IMG/VR virus record: IMGVR_UViG_3300030451_004287
Coordinates: 64,001 to 128,000 of that record
From: a virus
Strand: one strand, 5' to 3'
DNA length: 64,000 nt
In this document: positions 19,185 to 28,246 of the stretch, one piece after another
How the letters are laid out: every line of letters begins with the position of its first letter
How positions within the stretch are numbered: position 1 is the stretch's first letter
The notes under the pieces: generated by a model
What the model was told of the DNA's origin: nothing
Seen by the model: only the letters and a program-made list of their open reading frames with translations
Database searches by the model: none
Translations under genes and position numbers: made by a program

Positions 19185-20171
19185 ATGAAAACAGCATTAG
19201 TTTGTGGAGCCGGTGGATTTATTGGTTCTCATTTAGTTAAACGATTAAAGTCAGAAGGATTCTGGGTTAGAGGCATTGATTTAAAATATCCAGAATTTTC
19301 TGACAGTCACGCTGATGATTTTATTTTAGGCGACTTAAGAGAATTTGATGTAGTAGAAAATTGTTTAACCGATCCTACTCAAAAAACCGGAGGATTTGAT
19401 GAAGTTTATCAGTTAGCTGCTGATATGGGAGGTGCTGGATATATTTTTACAGGGGAAAATGATGCAAATATAATGCACAACTCTGCTCAAATAAATTTAA
19501 ATGTTTGTAGTTTAGCAGTTCGTAAAAAAGTTAAAAGTATTTTTTATAGCAGTAGTGCGTGTATGTACCCATCGTATAATCAGCAAGATACTGAAAATCC
19601 TAAATGTAGCGAAGATTCTGCTTACCCTGCTGATCCAGATAGTGAATATGGATGGGAAAAACTTTTTAGTGAAAGACTATATTTAGCATTTCACAAAAAC
19701 TATAATTTAAATGTACATATCGCTAGATATCATAATATTTTTGGGCCTGAAGGAACATGGGATGGTGGTAGAGAAAAAGCTCCCGCAGCGTTATGTAGAA
19801 AAGTAATTAGAGCAAAAGAAGGTGATACAATCGAAATTTGGGGAACAGGTAAGCAGACTAGATCATTTTTATATATTGATGAATGCGTTGAAGGTACGAC
19901 CAGATTAATGAGATCAAACTTTTCTGGACCGGTAAATATAGGTTCTGAAGAAATGGTTAGTATAAATGGTTTTGCAGAAAGTATAATTAAACTGTCTGGT
20001 AAAAATGTAGATTATAAAAACGTAGATGGACCTGTAGGTGTTAATGGTAGAAATTCTGATAATGCTTTAATTCAAGAAAAACTACATTGGCAACCGTCCA
20101 TGAAACTGTATGATGGTTTAGAAAAAACTTACGCATGGATTCAACAGCAAGTGGAGAAAGAAAATGGCTAG
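19185..20171 (+). CDS. GDP-mannose 3,5-epimerase (GME)-like extended SDR
   Basis: GAGGFIG, LAADMGGAGYI, SSACMYP, YGWEKL and GGREKAPAA motifs. Confidence 0.85.
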   Translation: MKTALVCGAGGFIGSHLVKRLKSEGFWVRGIDLKYPEFSDSHADDFILGDLREFDVVENCLTDPTQKTGGFDEVYQLAADMGGAGYIFTGENDANIMHNSAQINLNVCSLAVRKKVKSIFYSSSACMYPSYNQQDTENPKCSEDSAYPADPDSEYGWEKLFSERLYLAFHKNYNLNVHIARYHNIFGPEGTWDGGREKAPAALCRKVIRAKEGDTIEIWGTGKQTRSFLYIDECVEGTTRLMRSNFSGPVNIGSEEMVSINGFAESIIKLSGKNVDYKNVDGPVGVNGRNSDNALIQEKLHWQPSMKLYDGLEKTYAWIQQQVEKENG

Positions 20172-21012
20172 ATGTATTGTAACAGGTCACAAAGGTTATA
20201 TTGGTTCACATCTGTATAATAAACTTCAAAGTTTAGCTCATGATGTTATTGGTATAGATTATACTGGTAAGAATGGCATAAACCTACTTTCAAACCCAAC
20301 TTATACACACACTCTTGCAAATCAAAAAATAGACTATATTTTCCATCTTGCTTGTATACCTCGTGTTGGTTATAGTGTTGAAAACCCAGTACAAACTATG
20401 TATAACAATGTAATAAGCACTTCTAAACTGTTAAATTTTGCTCGTCAAGCTGATTGTAAAAGATTAATATATGCTGGATCATCATCTGTAGTTGGTAATG
20501 GAGATGGTCCTTCTAGTCCTTACGGTCTGCAAAAACTAGTTTCAGAAATGGAATGTAAACTGTATTCAGATTTATATGGTCTAGATACTGTTACTCTAAG
20601 ATACTTCAATGTATACTCAAAAGACCAAGTTCCAACAAGCCCATACGCTACAGCAATTTGTAATTGGATGGAGTGCATTAGAGAAGGAACTAAACCATAT
20701 ATTACTGGTAGTGGTGAACAAAGACGAGATATGGCATATGTAGATGATATTGTAGATGCTAACATAGCAGCTATGGAATATGATGGTAAATTTAATGGTC
20801 AACATTTTGATATTGGTACAGGTTCTAATATTTCTCTAAATGAAATTAAAGACATTGTTTTACAGTATCATGATATTGAATTTGATTATGTTGAAGAAAG
20901 AAAAGGTGATGTGTTTATGACAAAAGCAAATATAGAACCTTTTAAACAATACGGATGGTCACCTAAAGTAGATTTACAAGAGGGCATGCGTAGATGCTTC
21001 CAGAAGAAGTAA
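20164..21012 (+). CDS. NAD-dependent nucleotide-sugar epimerase/dehydratase
   Basis: TGHKGYIG, SPYGLQK, LRYFNVY and G.Q.RD..YV.D motifs. Confidence 0.9.
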   Translation: MARCIVTGHKGYIGSHLYNKLQSLAHDVIGIDYTGKNGINLLSNPTYTHTLANQKIDYIFHLACIPRVGYSVENPVQTMYNNVISTSKLLNFARQADCKRLIYAGSSSVVGNGDGPSSPYGLQKLVSEMECKLYSDLYGLDTVTLRYFNVYSKDQVPTSPYATAICNWMECIREGTKPYITGSGEQRRDMAYVDDIVDANIAAMEYDGKFNGQHFDIGTGSNISLNEIKDIVLQYHDIEFDYVEERKGDVFMTKANIEPFKQYGWSPKVDLQEGMRRCFQKK

Positions 21013-22193
21013 TTGATAAATACATAAACAATAAGTGTGACATAAAAACTTTAAGATATTATTTTTTAGAATTTGACTATCATAAAAATATTCTAGATCG
21101 AATTACAGTACAAAAGCTGTTAATGATACTGGCTGCCAATAATTCAAATATTGTATATAACTTTATATTACAAATATATTCTGATATATATGATTTATCA
21201 AACTTTGAACAATTAAATATTTTCAAATACGAACCACCTAATCATTTACAAAATTTGATTAATTGTTATGGGAAAAATTTTAGTGGAGGTATTGGTGACT
21301 TTTTAAAAGGTTCAACATACCTATATGAAAAATTAAAAAACACAAACATTAAATTTAGTATTGATTTTTCTAAACATCCTTTAGGTAAATTTATTAAAGG
21401 TAATTGTAACATAGATTATGATGAAGATAAAATTATAGATATAGAAAAAGAGTGTAACGCTAATGATGATGGTAGTCCGTGGTCTATAAGATTAAATAAA
21501 ATAATTGCTAATACTATAAATGACACGCAAGAGAATAATCTATATATTAGTTCCTTCTTTTCTGAAGCATTTTTGGTTCCTAACTATCAAAAAAATGCAA
21601 CCCTATATCTAGATCATTATACCATTTCTGAGTCGTGTAGTAGTTTTTTTAGAAATAATATTAAATTTGATGAGTCTGTAGAAGACCTATTTAAATCTAT
21701 AGACATACAAGATTATGAAGTATTGCATTTTCGTCTTGGTGATAGAAAGATTTTAAGTAATCTTGACGAAGAGATAAAAAACTTCCCTACTAACATACAA
21801 CAAAGTAAAAACTATAAAGTTTTCGATCATGACTACAACTATTATTATATGCTTACCTTGCAACACTTAAAAAATAGCAAGTGTAAAAATTTAATTATTA
21901 TGTCAGATTGTAATGATTTTAAGTCGTATATTACAAAAATAAACCATCACAAAAATATACATATGCTACATACTCAAAGTTGTCATACGTCTTACAACCC
22001 ATCTACATTATATTTAGCTGGTTTCAAAAATGTAGATATAGAGAATCACAAATTAATGTATACAGCTTTAGATACTAAGATATTATCACAAAGTAAAGCT
22101 AATACATCTTATAGTGTTTATGATTGGGGGTCTGGTTTTGTTTACTGGATTAGTAAAATTTTTAATGTGCCCTGTAGGATTAATGCATTATGA
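20994..22193 (+). CDS. fucosyltransferase-superfamily (GT11/GT23/NodZ-like) protein
   Basis: GGIGDFLKG, HFRLGD, MSD and SGF motifs after an unassigned N-terminal region. Confidence 0.6.
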   Translation: MLPEEVIDKYINNKCDIKTLRYYFLEFDYHKNILDRITVQKLLMILAANNSNIVYNFILQIYSDIYDLSNFEQLNIFKYEPPNHLQNLINCYGKNFSGGIGDFLKGSTYLYEKLKNTNIKFSIDFSKHPLGKFIKGNCNIDYDEDKIIDIEKECNANDDGSPWSIRLNKIIANTINDTQENNLYISSFFSEAFLVPNYQKNATLYLDHYTISESCSSFFRNNIKFDESVEDLFKSIDIQDYEVLHFRLGDRKILSNLDEEIKNFPTNIQQSKNYKVFDHDYNYYYMLTLQHLKNSKCKNLIIMSDCNDFKSYITKINHHKNIHMLHTQSCHTSYNPSTLYLAGFKNVDIENHKLMYTALDTKILSQSKANTSYSVYDWGSGFVYWISKIFNVPCRINAL

Positions 22194-23872
22194 GTTTCGA
22201 TATATATGAATTTATAAAAAAAGATTTGAATGACATATCTATAGATGATTTTTATTCAAAGTATGATGTTCCAAAAGAATTTGATCATGAGTTTTACAAT
22301 GATAACTATGAAGGTCTTCAAGATTTTTATCAACCATACTGCAAAGTAAAGGGTTTTTCTGAGAGACAAAGATTATTTTTCCATTGGTGTTTGTATGGTT
22401 CTAAGTTTGGATGGCGAGCATGTCCTAACGTAGAGTTAAAAAAAGATTTTGATCCTGAAATTATTAATGAAAATATATCTGTCGTAGTAGGATGCAAGAA
22501 CAGAGAAGATATGTTAAGTATTAGCGTTATGTCTTGGATTCTAAAACCGCAAATTAAAGAAATCATAATTGTAGACTGGTCTTCATCAAAAAATTTAAAA
22601 TACTTTGAAGATATTGATCCAAAAATTAGAGTTATAAGAGTAGAAGGAGAGCAATTTTATAATGCAAGCAAGCCTATTAATATGGCAATTAAAGAAGCTA
22701 AGTATGAAAAAATATTAAAGATGGATGTTGATTATATCATAAACCCTTACTGTCCATTAGAAAGTCTAGTTGATATACGAGAAGGTGAGTTTGTTGCTGG
22801 AAACTACCGTCAATTTTACATAGATAATGATTTAGGGTTCTTGCGTAACCTTAATGGGGTTATATGTTGTCACAGAAAATTTTTCCTTAAAGCTGGATTG
22901 TATAATGAAGACATTGATAATTATGGTAGAGAAGACTGCGAGATGTTTGAAAAACTAGAAGGCATTGGTGTTAAAAGAAAAGATATTGAGTTTTATCATA
23001 ATCAAGTTCCAATATATCATAACCCTCACAACCATAAAGTTAGAGGTATGAACAGACAAGATAAGGATACTAATAAGACTCTTTTGTACTTTAATAAAAA
23101 ATTCGGTCTGTCTAAATTTGAATTAGTTATTAATCTACATAGAGATCCAGTTCAGGCTAGAACTGAAGAATTAATTGAATGTTTAAGATTAAACTTACAA
23201 AATAAATATATAGATCGTATACATGTATTTCTAGAAAACTACGATAATTTTCCAGAATTCTATAAAATTAAAGAACAAAATGAAGATAAAATAAAAGTTA
23301 TAAACACTGATAATAGAATGTCTTTTAAAAAGATTTTTGCATACACTAACAAAAACATTTTGAATACACAGTGTATCGTAGCAAATAGTGACATTCTTTT
23401 TAACGATGACTTAGCAAAAATAAGAGGACTCAGACCTAGAGACATGATTGCTCTTACAAGACATGAAGGTAAAAATTTACTAAAAAATAGACATAGAAAT
23501 GCTTATTGTTCTCAAGACGCTTGGATATTTAGATCTCCTATGTTAGATGATTTTCCAGAATTAGATGACGATATAATTATAGGAACTTTTTATTCTGATG
23601 TTGTTTTAAACTATTTAATTTCTAAATCTGAACAGTACACAGCTTGGAATATATGTCACGATATAATAATACAACACTGTCATAAAACTACCAAGCACGA
23701 CCATAACACTAAGAGCAGAGAAGAAAATATTAGAAAATATAGATATTTTTGCTGTAAATTTAAAGACGACAATTTTGATAAACACTTAGCCGCTACAACT
23801 TTAGAAGATTATTATTTACACAGACATCCAAATAAATTTTTAAGTAGTTCTGAATATGATAATATGTACTAA
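22190..23872 (+). CDS. multidomain glycosyltransferase (GT2/GT7-like plus a second GT-A-like domain)
   Basis: IIVDWSS, KMDVD, G.YNE....YGRED; second domain with ANSDI and SQDAWIF. Confidence 0.75.
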   Translation: MSFDIYEFIKKDLNDISIDDFYSKYDVPKEFDHEFYNDNYEGLQDFYQPYCKVKGFSERQRLFFHWCLYGSKFGWRACPNVELKKDFDPEIINENISVVVGCKNREDMLSISVMSWILKPQIKEIIIVDWSSSKNLKYFEDIDPKIRVIRVEGEQFYNASKPINMAIKEAKYEKILKMDVDYIINPYCPLESLVDIREGEFVAGNYRQFYIDNDLGFLRNLNGVICCHRKFFLKAGLYNEDIDNYGREDCEMFEKLEGIGVKRKDIEFYHNQVPIYHNPHNHKVRGMNRQDKDTNKTLLYFNKKFGLSKFELVINLHRDPVQARTEELIECLRLNLQNKYIDRIHVFLENYDNFPEFYKIKEQNEDKIKVINTDNRMSFKKIFAYTNKNILNTQCIVANSDILFNDDLAKIRGLRPRDMIALTRHEGKNLLKNRHRNAYCSQDAWIFRSPMLDDFPELDDDIIIGTFYSDVVLNYLISKSEQYTAWNICHDIIIQHCHKTTKHDHNTKSREENIRKYRYFCCKFKDDNFDKHLAATTLEDYYLHRHPNKFLSSSEYDNMY

Positions 23873-24542
23873 GCATAAAATTATTTATCTTTCTAATTGT
23901 AAATGCGCTAGTAGCACAATCAGAAAATATTTTTGGGAAATAAGAGACCATGAAATTGTAGATGCAATAGAGAAACAAGGTAATGGAAATCCACATATGC
24001 CATACGATAAAGTTGCAAAGTTTCTTACAAAAAATTACGATATAGATATTGATACATTTTTTTTATTTTCTACAATTAGAAATCCTTGGGAAAGGATAGT
24101 AAGTCTTTATAATTATTCTAAACCAGACAAAAACGGAGTGCCTTTTTGGAGTCCAAGATTTGGAATCAAACGCGAAGAAGGTACTAGTTGTAGCTTTGAA
24201 AAGTTTATTTTAAGTGGTTTAGATTACAAACGTAACACCTCTGGATCGTTTGTACATGCGTGTAAAAATGTACGAGATATGTTTGGAAAAGATTATCATA
24301 AATTTAAACTATATAAAAGTGAAGAGTTAGACATAGACAAAATAATGGATGATATAAATGACCCTAGTCTTGAAGCTAAGTTGGGCAGATCAGAATTAAA
24401 AATTGTAGACTCTACGCACTGGCACATGGAAAAAGAAAAAAGAGATAGCGAAAATTACAGAGAATACTATACCGACGAAGTGCGAGATATAATATCAGAT
24501 CATTATAAATTAGATATACAAATAGGAGGATACGAGTTTTGA
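23856..24542 (+). CDS. sulfotransferase family 2 protein
   Basis: KCASST, IRNPWERIVS, YREYY and Y..DI..GGYEF motifs. Confidence 0.75.
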   Translation: MIICTKHKIIYLSNCKCASSTIRKYFWEIRDHEIVDAIEKQGNGNPHMPYDKVAKFLTKNYDIDIDTFFLFSTIRNPWERIVSLYNYSKPDKNGVPFWSPRFGIKREEGTSCSFEKFILSGLDYKRNTSGSFVHACKNVRDMFGKDYHKFKLYKSEELDIDKIMDDINDPSLEAKLGRSELKIVDSTHWHMEKEKRDSENYREYYTDEVRDIISDHYKLDIQIGGYEF

Positions 24543-25102
24543 TAGTATCACACTCTAATAAATTTATTTATCTAAAAAGTTATAAAACAGCCTCTACATC
24601 AGTAGAAATGTTTTTTGAAAGATTCTGTAAAGATTCAGATATTGTAGGGTATAGAGGACCAAATCCTATACCAAAAGATCAAGTTTGGTACAACCATATG
24701 ACTCCATCACAAATAAAAACAAAACTTAATAATAACAATATATGGAATAATTATTTCAAATTTGGTTGTGTAAGAAATCCTTGGGACAGAAAACTGTCTA
24801 GTTATTTCTTTGAAAAAGCTACAGAAACGTTTGAAGAATACTGCATGAATAAAAAATTTAATAATCTTTGTTCTTTTTATAATTTAGATATGGATTATTA
24901 TATACGGTTTGAAAAGTTGCATGAAGATCTACAGGCCGTTTGTGACTTACTCGGTTTACCTTGCGATCTTTCACAGCTGCCTCATGAAAAGAAAACAAAA
25001 CACAAACATTACACAGAATACTACACAGATAAAATGCGTGACAAGATAGCTGAAGACTGCAAGGCTGACATAGACTTTTTTAATTATACGTTTGGTGACT
25101 AA
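24539..25102 (+). CDS. sulfotransferase family 2 protein
   Basis: TTG start; KTASTS, VRNPWDRKLS, RFE and HYTEYY motifs. Confidence 0.8.
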   Translation: MIVSHSNKFIYLKSYKTASTSVEMFFERFCKDSDIVGYRGPNPIPKDQVWYNHMTPSQIKTKLNNNNIWNNYFKFGCVRNPWDRKLSSYFFEKATETFEEYCMNKKFNNLCSFYNLDMDYYIRFEKLHEDLQAVCDLLGLPCDLSQLPHEKKTKHKHYTEYYTDKMRDKIAEDCKADIDFFNYTFGD

Positions 25103-25716
25103 TGTTAATATCATTTTCTCATAAATTTATTACGATTGCCATACCCAAAACAGGCACTAGATCATTAAGAGGTTGCTTAACTATGAACAATCAATTTCAT
25201 GATGGTCAGTCTGATAATAGGTTAGTAGATGTAATAGCAACTCAATATTCAAGAGTATTTAAAAGACATGGCACTCTAACAGAGCATATGAAAGATGCTG
25301 AAAATGTAGGTCTTGATATAAGCTTATACTTTACTTTTGCGTTTGTTAGAAACCCTTGGAGCAGATATGTTTCATACATACTTTGGGCTAAAGACAAACC
25401 AGAATTTATAAAAAAAGGTCGTCGGACCATGTCTCTGGAATTAGCTATAGACAGGCAAAGAATTCAGTACGACTATATTTATGATAAGGAAAGTGGAAAA
25501 ACAGTAGATTATATTGCGAGATTTGAAAACTACCAAGAAGAACTAATGAAAATTTCTGATAAACTTAATTTGAATTTAGACGCAAAGAATATACCACATT
25601 TAAACAAGAACAAAAAATACGACTACAAAGATTTTTACACTAAAGAGTTGATAGACAAGGTTTACGAGAAAGAACATAAAATTATAGATCTTATGGGTTA
25701 CAGCTATGATGAATAA
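25102..25716 (+). CDS. sulfotransferase family 2 protein
   Basis: IPKTGTRS, VRNPWSRYVS and RFEN motifs. Confidence 0.8.
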   Translation: MLISFSHKFITIAIPKTGTRSLRGCLTMNNQFHDGQSDNRLVDVIATQYSRVFKRHGTLTEHMKDAENVGLDISLYFTFAFVRNPWSRYVSYILWAKDKPEFIKKGRRTMSLELAIDRQRIQYDYIYDKESGKTVDYIARFENYQEELMKISDKLNLNLDAKNIPHLNKNKKYDYKDFYTKELIDKVYEKEHKIIDLMGYSYDE

Positions 25717-26389
25717 AGGTTATATAATTATACAAAACTTCCTGTCTACGGAAGAACATCAAAAATTATTGCATACATGCAAGACTTTGTATGATGAAGC
25801 TACTAACAATAAAAATAATGAACACTACGAATGGGATGAGCAAGGACAGTTAAACAAGATTAATTATGCCTGTGCTAATAATAAGGCTTTTAAAGATTTG
25901 GCTAACAATGATATATTGGTCTATATAGCAAAAAATATTATTCAAACTCAAGATACTTTAGATTGTTATATTAGTAAATTTTTCCCGATGCAACCTAAAA
26001 CTGGAACTTCGACATTTATGCATCAAGATAATTATTATTTTCAAGGTGATAATAAAAAAATATTAAGCTGCGCAGTATATTTAACAGATACACGCAAAGA
26101 AAATGGTTGCTTGAGATTAGCTGAAGACTCTCATAAAAATGGTATTATACCCCACGAAATTACTAGTAATATAAATAAATATGTTAAATGGATTGACAAC
26201 TCTCGTCTTACTGAGTATGATATAGTAGATTTAGAATTAAAGGCTCCTTATGCTGTAATGTTTGATATAAATTTAGTACATGGTTGTTACCAAAACACTT
26301 CTAATGATTTTCGGTATAGTTTAGCATGGGAATATATTGAATCATCAAATGATACCGTTAGAAAATGCGACAGGATAAAATTACACTAA
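25706..26389 (+). CDS. phytanoyl-CoA dioxygenase (PhyH)-family 2OG-Fe(II) oxygenase
   Basis: HQD, ENGCL...DSH and H...N.S...R motifs. Confidence 0.85.
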   Translation: MMNKGYIIIQNFLSTEEHQKLLHTCKTLYDEATNNKNNEHYEWDEQGQLNKINYACANNKAFKDLANNDILVYIAKNIIQTQDTLDCYISKFFPMQPKTGTSTFMHQDNYYFQGDNKKILSCAVYLTDTRKENGCLRLAEDSHKNGIIPHEITSNINKYVKWIDNSRLTEYDIVDLELKAPYAVMFDINLVHGCYQNTSNDFRYSLAWEYIESSNDTVRKCDRIKLH

Positions 26390-26958
26390 TGACTGATACA
26401 ACAAAAATAAAAAGCATGAGATTTTTCCCGGATTGGGAAAGGACCAACGGAAGTCAAATTCGTGGTTTGATAGAGATGATGTATGATATTAATAAGTTGA
26501 GAAATGGTAAACATTTAGAGTGTGTAGAAATTGGATCTCATACAGGAGAATCAGCTTTAATTATGTCATCATTTCCATTTATTAAACGTTTTCATTGTGT
26601 AGATATACATGAAAATGAAGATATTAAGAAACGACTAAAACAACTGGTAATGTTGGATAGAGTTAAAATAATATTTCAAGACTCTGAAGAATACGCACCT
26701 ACTATACCAGACAACAGTATTGATATGGTATACATAGACGCTAATCATGATTATGATTCTGTTAAAAGAGATTTAAATACTTGGTCAAGTAAAGTAAAAA
26801 AATCAGGATTCATTTGCGGTCATGATTACTCAAAAACTTTTTGGGGTGTAATTCAATCTGTTAACGAGTTGTCAGACCTAAAACAAGCATTAGTTAAAAA
26901 TTATGTAGACGGTAGCTATATGATACAAAAAACATGGGATGTCAAACCTCTATGCTAA
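26389..26958 (+). CDS. class I SAM methyltransferase (Methyltransf_24-like)
   Basis: VEIGSHTGES, YIDANHDY..V..D and GFICGHDY motifs; TAATG coupling favours start 26389 over 26365. Confidence 0.85.
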   Translation: MTDTTKIKSMRFFPDWERTNGSQIRGLIEMMYDINKLRNGKHLECVEIGSHTGESALIMSSFPFIKRFHCVDIHENEDIKKRLKQLVMLDRVKIIFQDSEEYAPTIPDNSIDMVYIDANHDYDSVKRDLNTWSSKVKKSGFICGHDYSKTFWGVIQSVNELSDLKQALVKNYVDGSYMIQKTWDVKPLC

Positions 26959-27638
26959 TATCCAAAGAATATGGTGTTATTTTTATACACATTCCTAAAA
27001 CTGGTGGAACTACTTTACATCGTGCTTTTCGTGAAGTGTTAAAAGACGACACTAATATCCTGTCAACAGGATCACAAGCTATGCGAAGAATAACGATAAA
27101 TCAACCATCAAAATTTTTAGATTTTTACAATAAGGTACATTTAAAATATAAATATCTTGAAGACAGACAAAACTCACCGATGGAAACTGGTGTATGGTTA
27201 AAGTATTTTGATAGCTATAGAATTTTTACAGCTATGAGAAATCCTTGGAGTTGGTATGTTTCTAATTATTTATTTGATCAAAAACTTCATGCAGCAGATC
27301 CGACATATATAACCCGCCCTTCAACAGTTTTGCCTTTTGACGAGTGGCTTAAAACTAGAGATACAAATCAATTTGATTGGGTAATAGATAGTTATGGAAA
27401 AAATTGCGCAACCATGATAGGTCAAACTGAAACATTACAAGATTCATTTAATCAAATGTGTGATGAAATTGGTGTTCCTAGTATACAATTAGAAAACGTA
27501 AATGTTAGTGAAGAATCTCTTCAAGAAGATGGAACTATAGATCATTCATATTATAGAGATTTTTATACAGATGAAACCAAAGCTATAGTTGCTGAAAAAT
27601 CTAAAAGGGTAATAGAACAGTTTAATTATGAATTTTAA
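26952..27638 (+). CDS. sulfotransferase family 2 protein
   Basis: MLIS start as in the paralogs; HIPKTGGTT, RNPWSWYVS, YRDFY and FNYEF motifs. Confidence 0.85.
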   Translation: MLISKEYGVIFIHIPKTGGTTLHRAFREVLKDDTNILSTGSQAMRRITINQPSKFLDFYNKVHLKYKYLEDRQNSPMETGVWLKYFDSYRIFTAMRNPWSWYVSNYLFDQKLHAADPTYITRPSTVLPFDEWLKTRDTNQFDWVIDSYGKNCATMIGQTETLQDSFNQMCDEIGVPSIQLENVNVSEESLQEDGTIDHSYYRDFYTDETKAIVAEKSKRVIEQFNYEF

Positions 27639-28095
27639 AACAAGACCAGATTGGACAGACTATTTTTTAGGATTGGCTAAAGTAGTTGCTCAAAGAAGTC
27701 ATGATATACATACACAGCATGGGTGTGTGATTACAGATCGTCAACATAGAATTTTGGGAGTTGGATACAATGGATTCCCTAAAGGTATGGATGATACTAA
27801 ATTACCAACGAGTCGTCCTGAAAAATATGAATGGATGATTCATGCCGAAAGAAATGCACTATCTAATTGTGTTATACGTCCAGATGATGGGATAGCATAT
27901 GTTACAGGTCAATGTTGTAATGATTGCATTAAAGCTTTGTGGCAAGAGGGAATAACTGAAGTGCATATGATTGATGGACACGGTACACAATTATTTGATA
28001 ATAATCAGAAAAAACATTTTGACTTGTTTGTAAAGTCTACTAATATAGGTATATTCTACGAAACCCCTAATTTATCTTGGATAGCTAACATTTAG
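27628..28095 (+). CDS. dCMP deaminase (ComEB-like)
   Basis: RPDW..YF, GYNG, HAERNA and CCNDC zinc motifs. Confidence 0.9.
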   Translation: MNFKTRPDWTDYFLGLAKVVAQRSHDIHTQHGCVITDRQHRILGVGYNGFPKGMDDTKLPTSRPEKYEWMIHAERNALSNCVIRPDDGIAYVTGQCCNDCIKALWQEGITEVHMIDGHGTQLFDNNQKKHFDLFVKSTNIGIFYETPNLSWIANI

Positions 28096-28105
28096 CAATA
28101 CTGAT

Positions 28106-28116
28106 AAAGGTGTATA
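28106..28116 (+). promoter_or_regulatory. candidate phage promoter motif AAAGGTGTATA upstream of nrdJ
   Basis: Identical to 845-855; lies in the 151-nt intergenic gap. Confidence 0.4.
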
Positions 28117-28246
28117 GTATATTACAAAAACACAACGTAAGATTTAAATAGTCATAACTATGGCAAAAAAATTCAAAAATAAACTCTTATTAATTGATCA
28201 ACTCTCTGGTCAATTTTTCTTTTTTATGTAAGTCAAAGGAAGATTT

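Noticed and set aside
4672-27638. Cellular O-antigen/capsule locus or eukaryotic giant-virus origin
   Set aside because: No wzx/wzy/ABC export genes. The island is contiguous with phage-type replication genes, shares the CCWGG avoidance, and uses SD sites with overlapping operonic genes. Replication uses DnaE/DnaB rather than NCLDV PolB/D5.
28096-28246. Cobalamin riboswitch or ncRNA upstream of the B12-dependent nrdJ
   Set aside because: Very AT-rich, with no B12-box or convincing stems visible; an Rfam/Infernal search would be decisive
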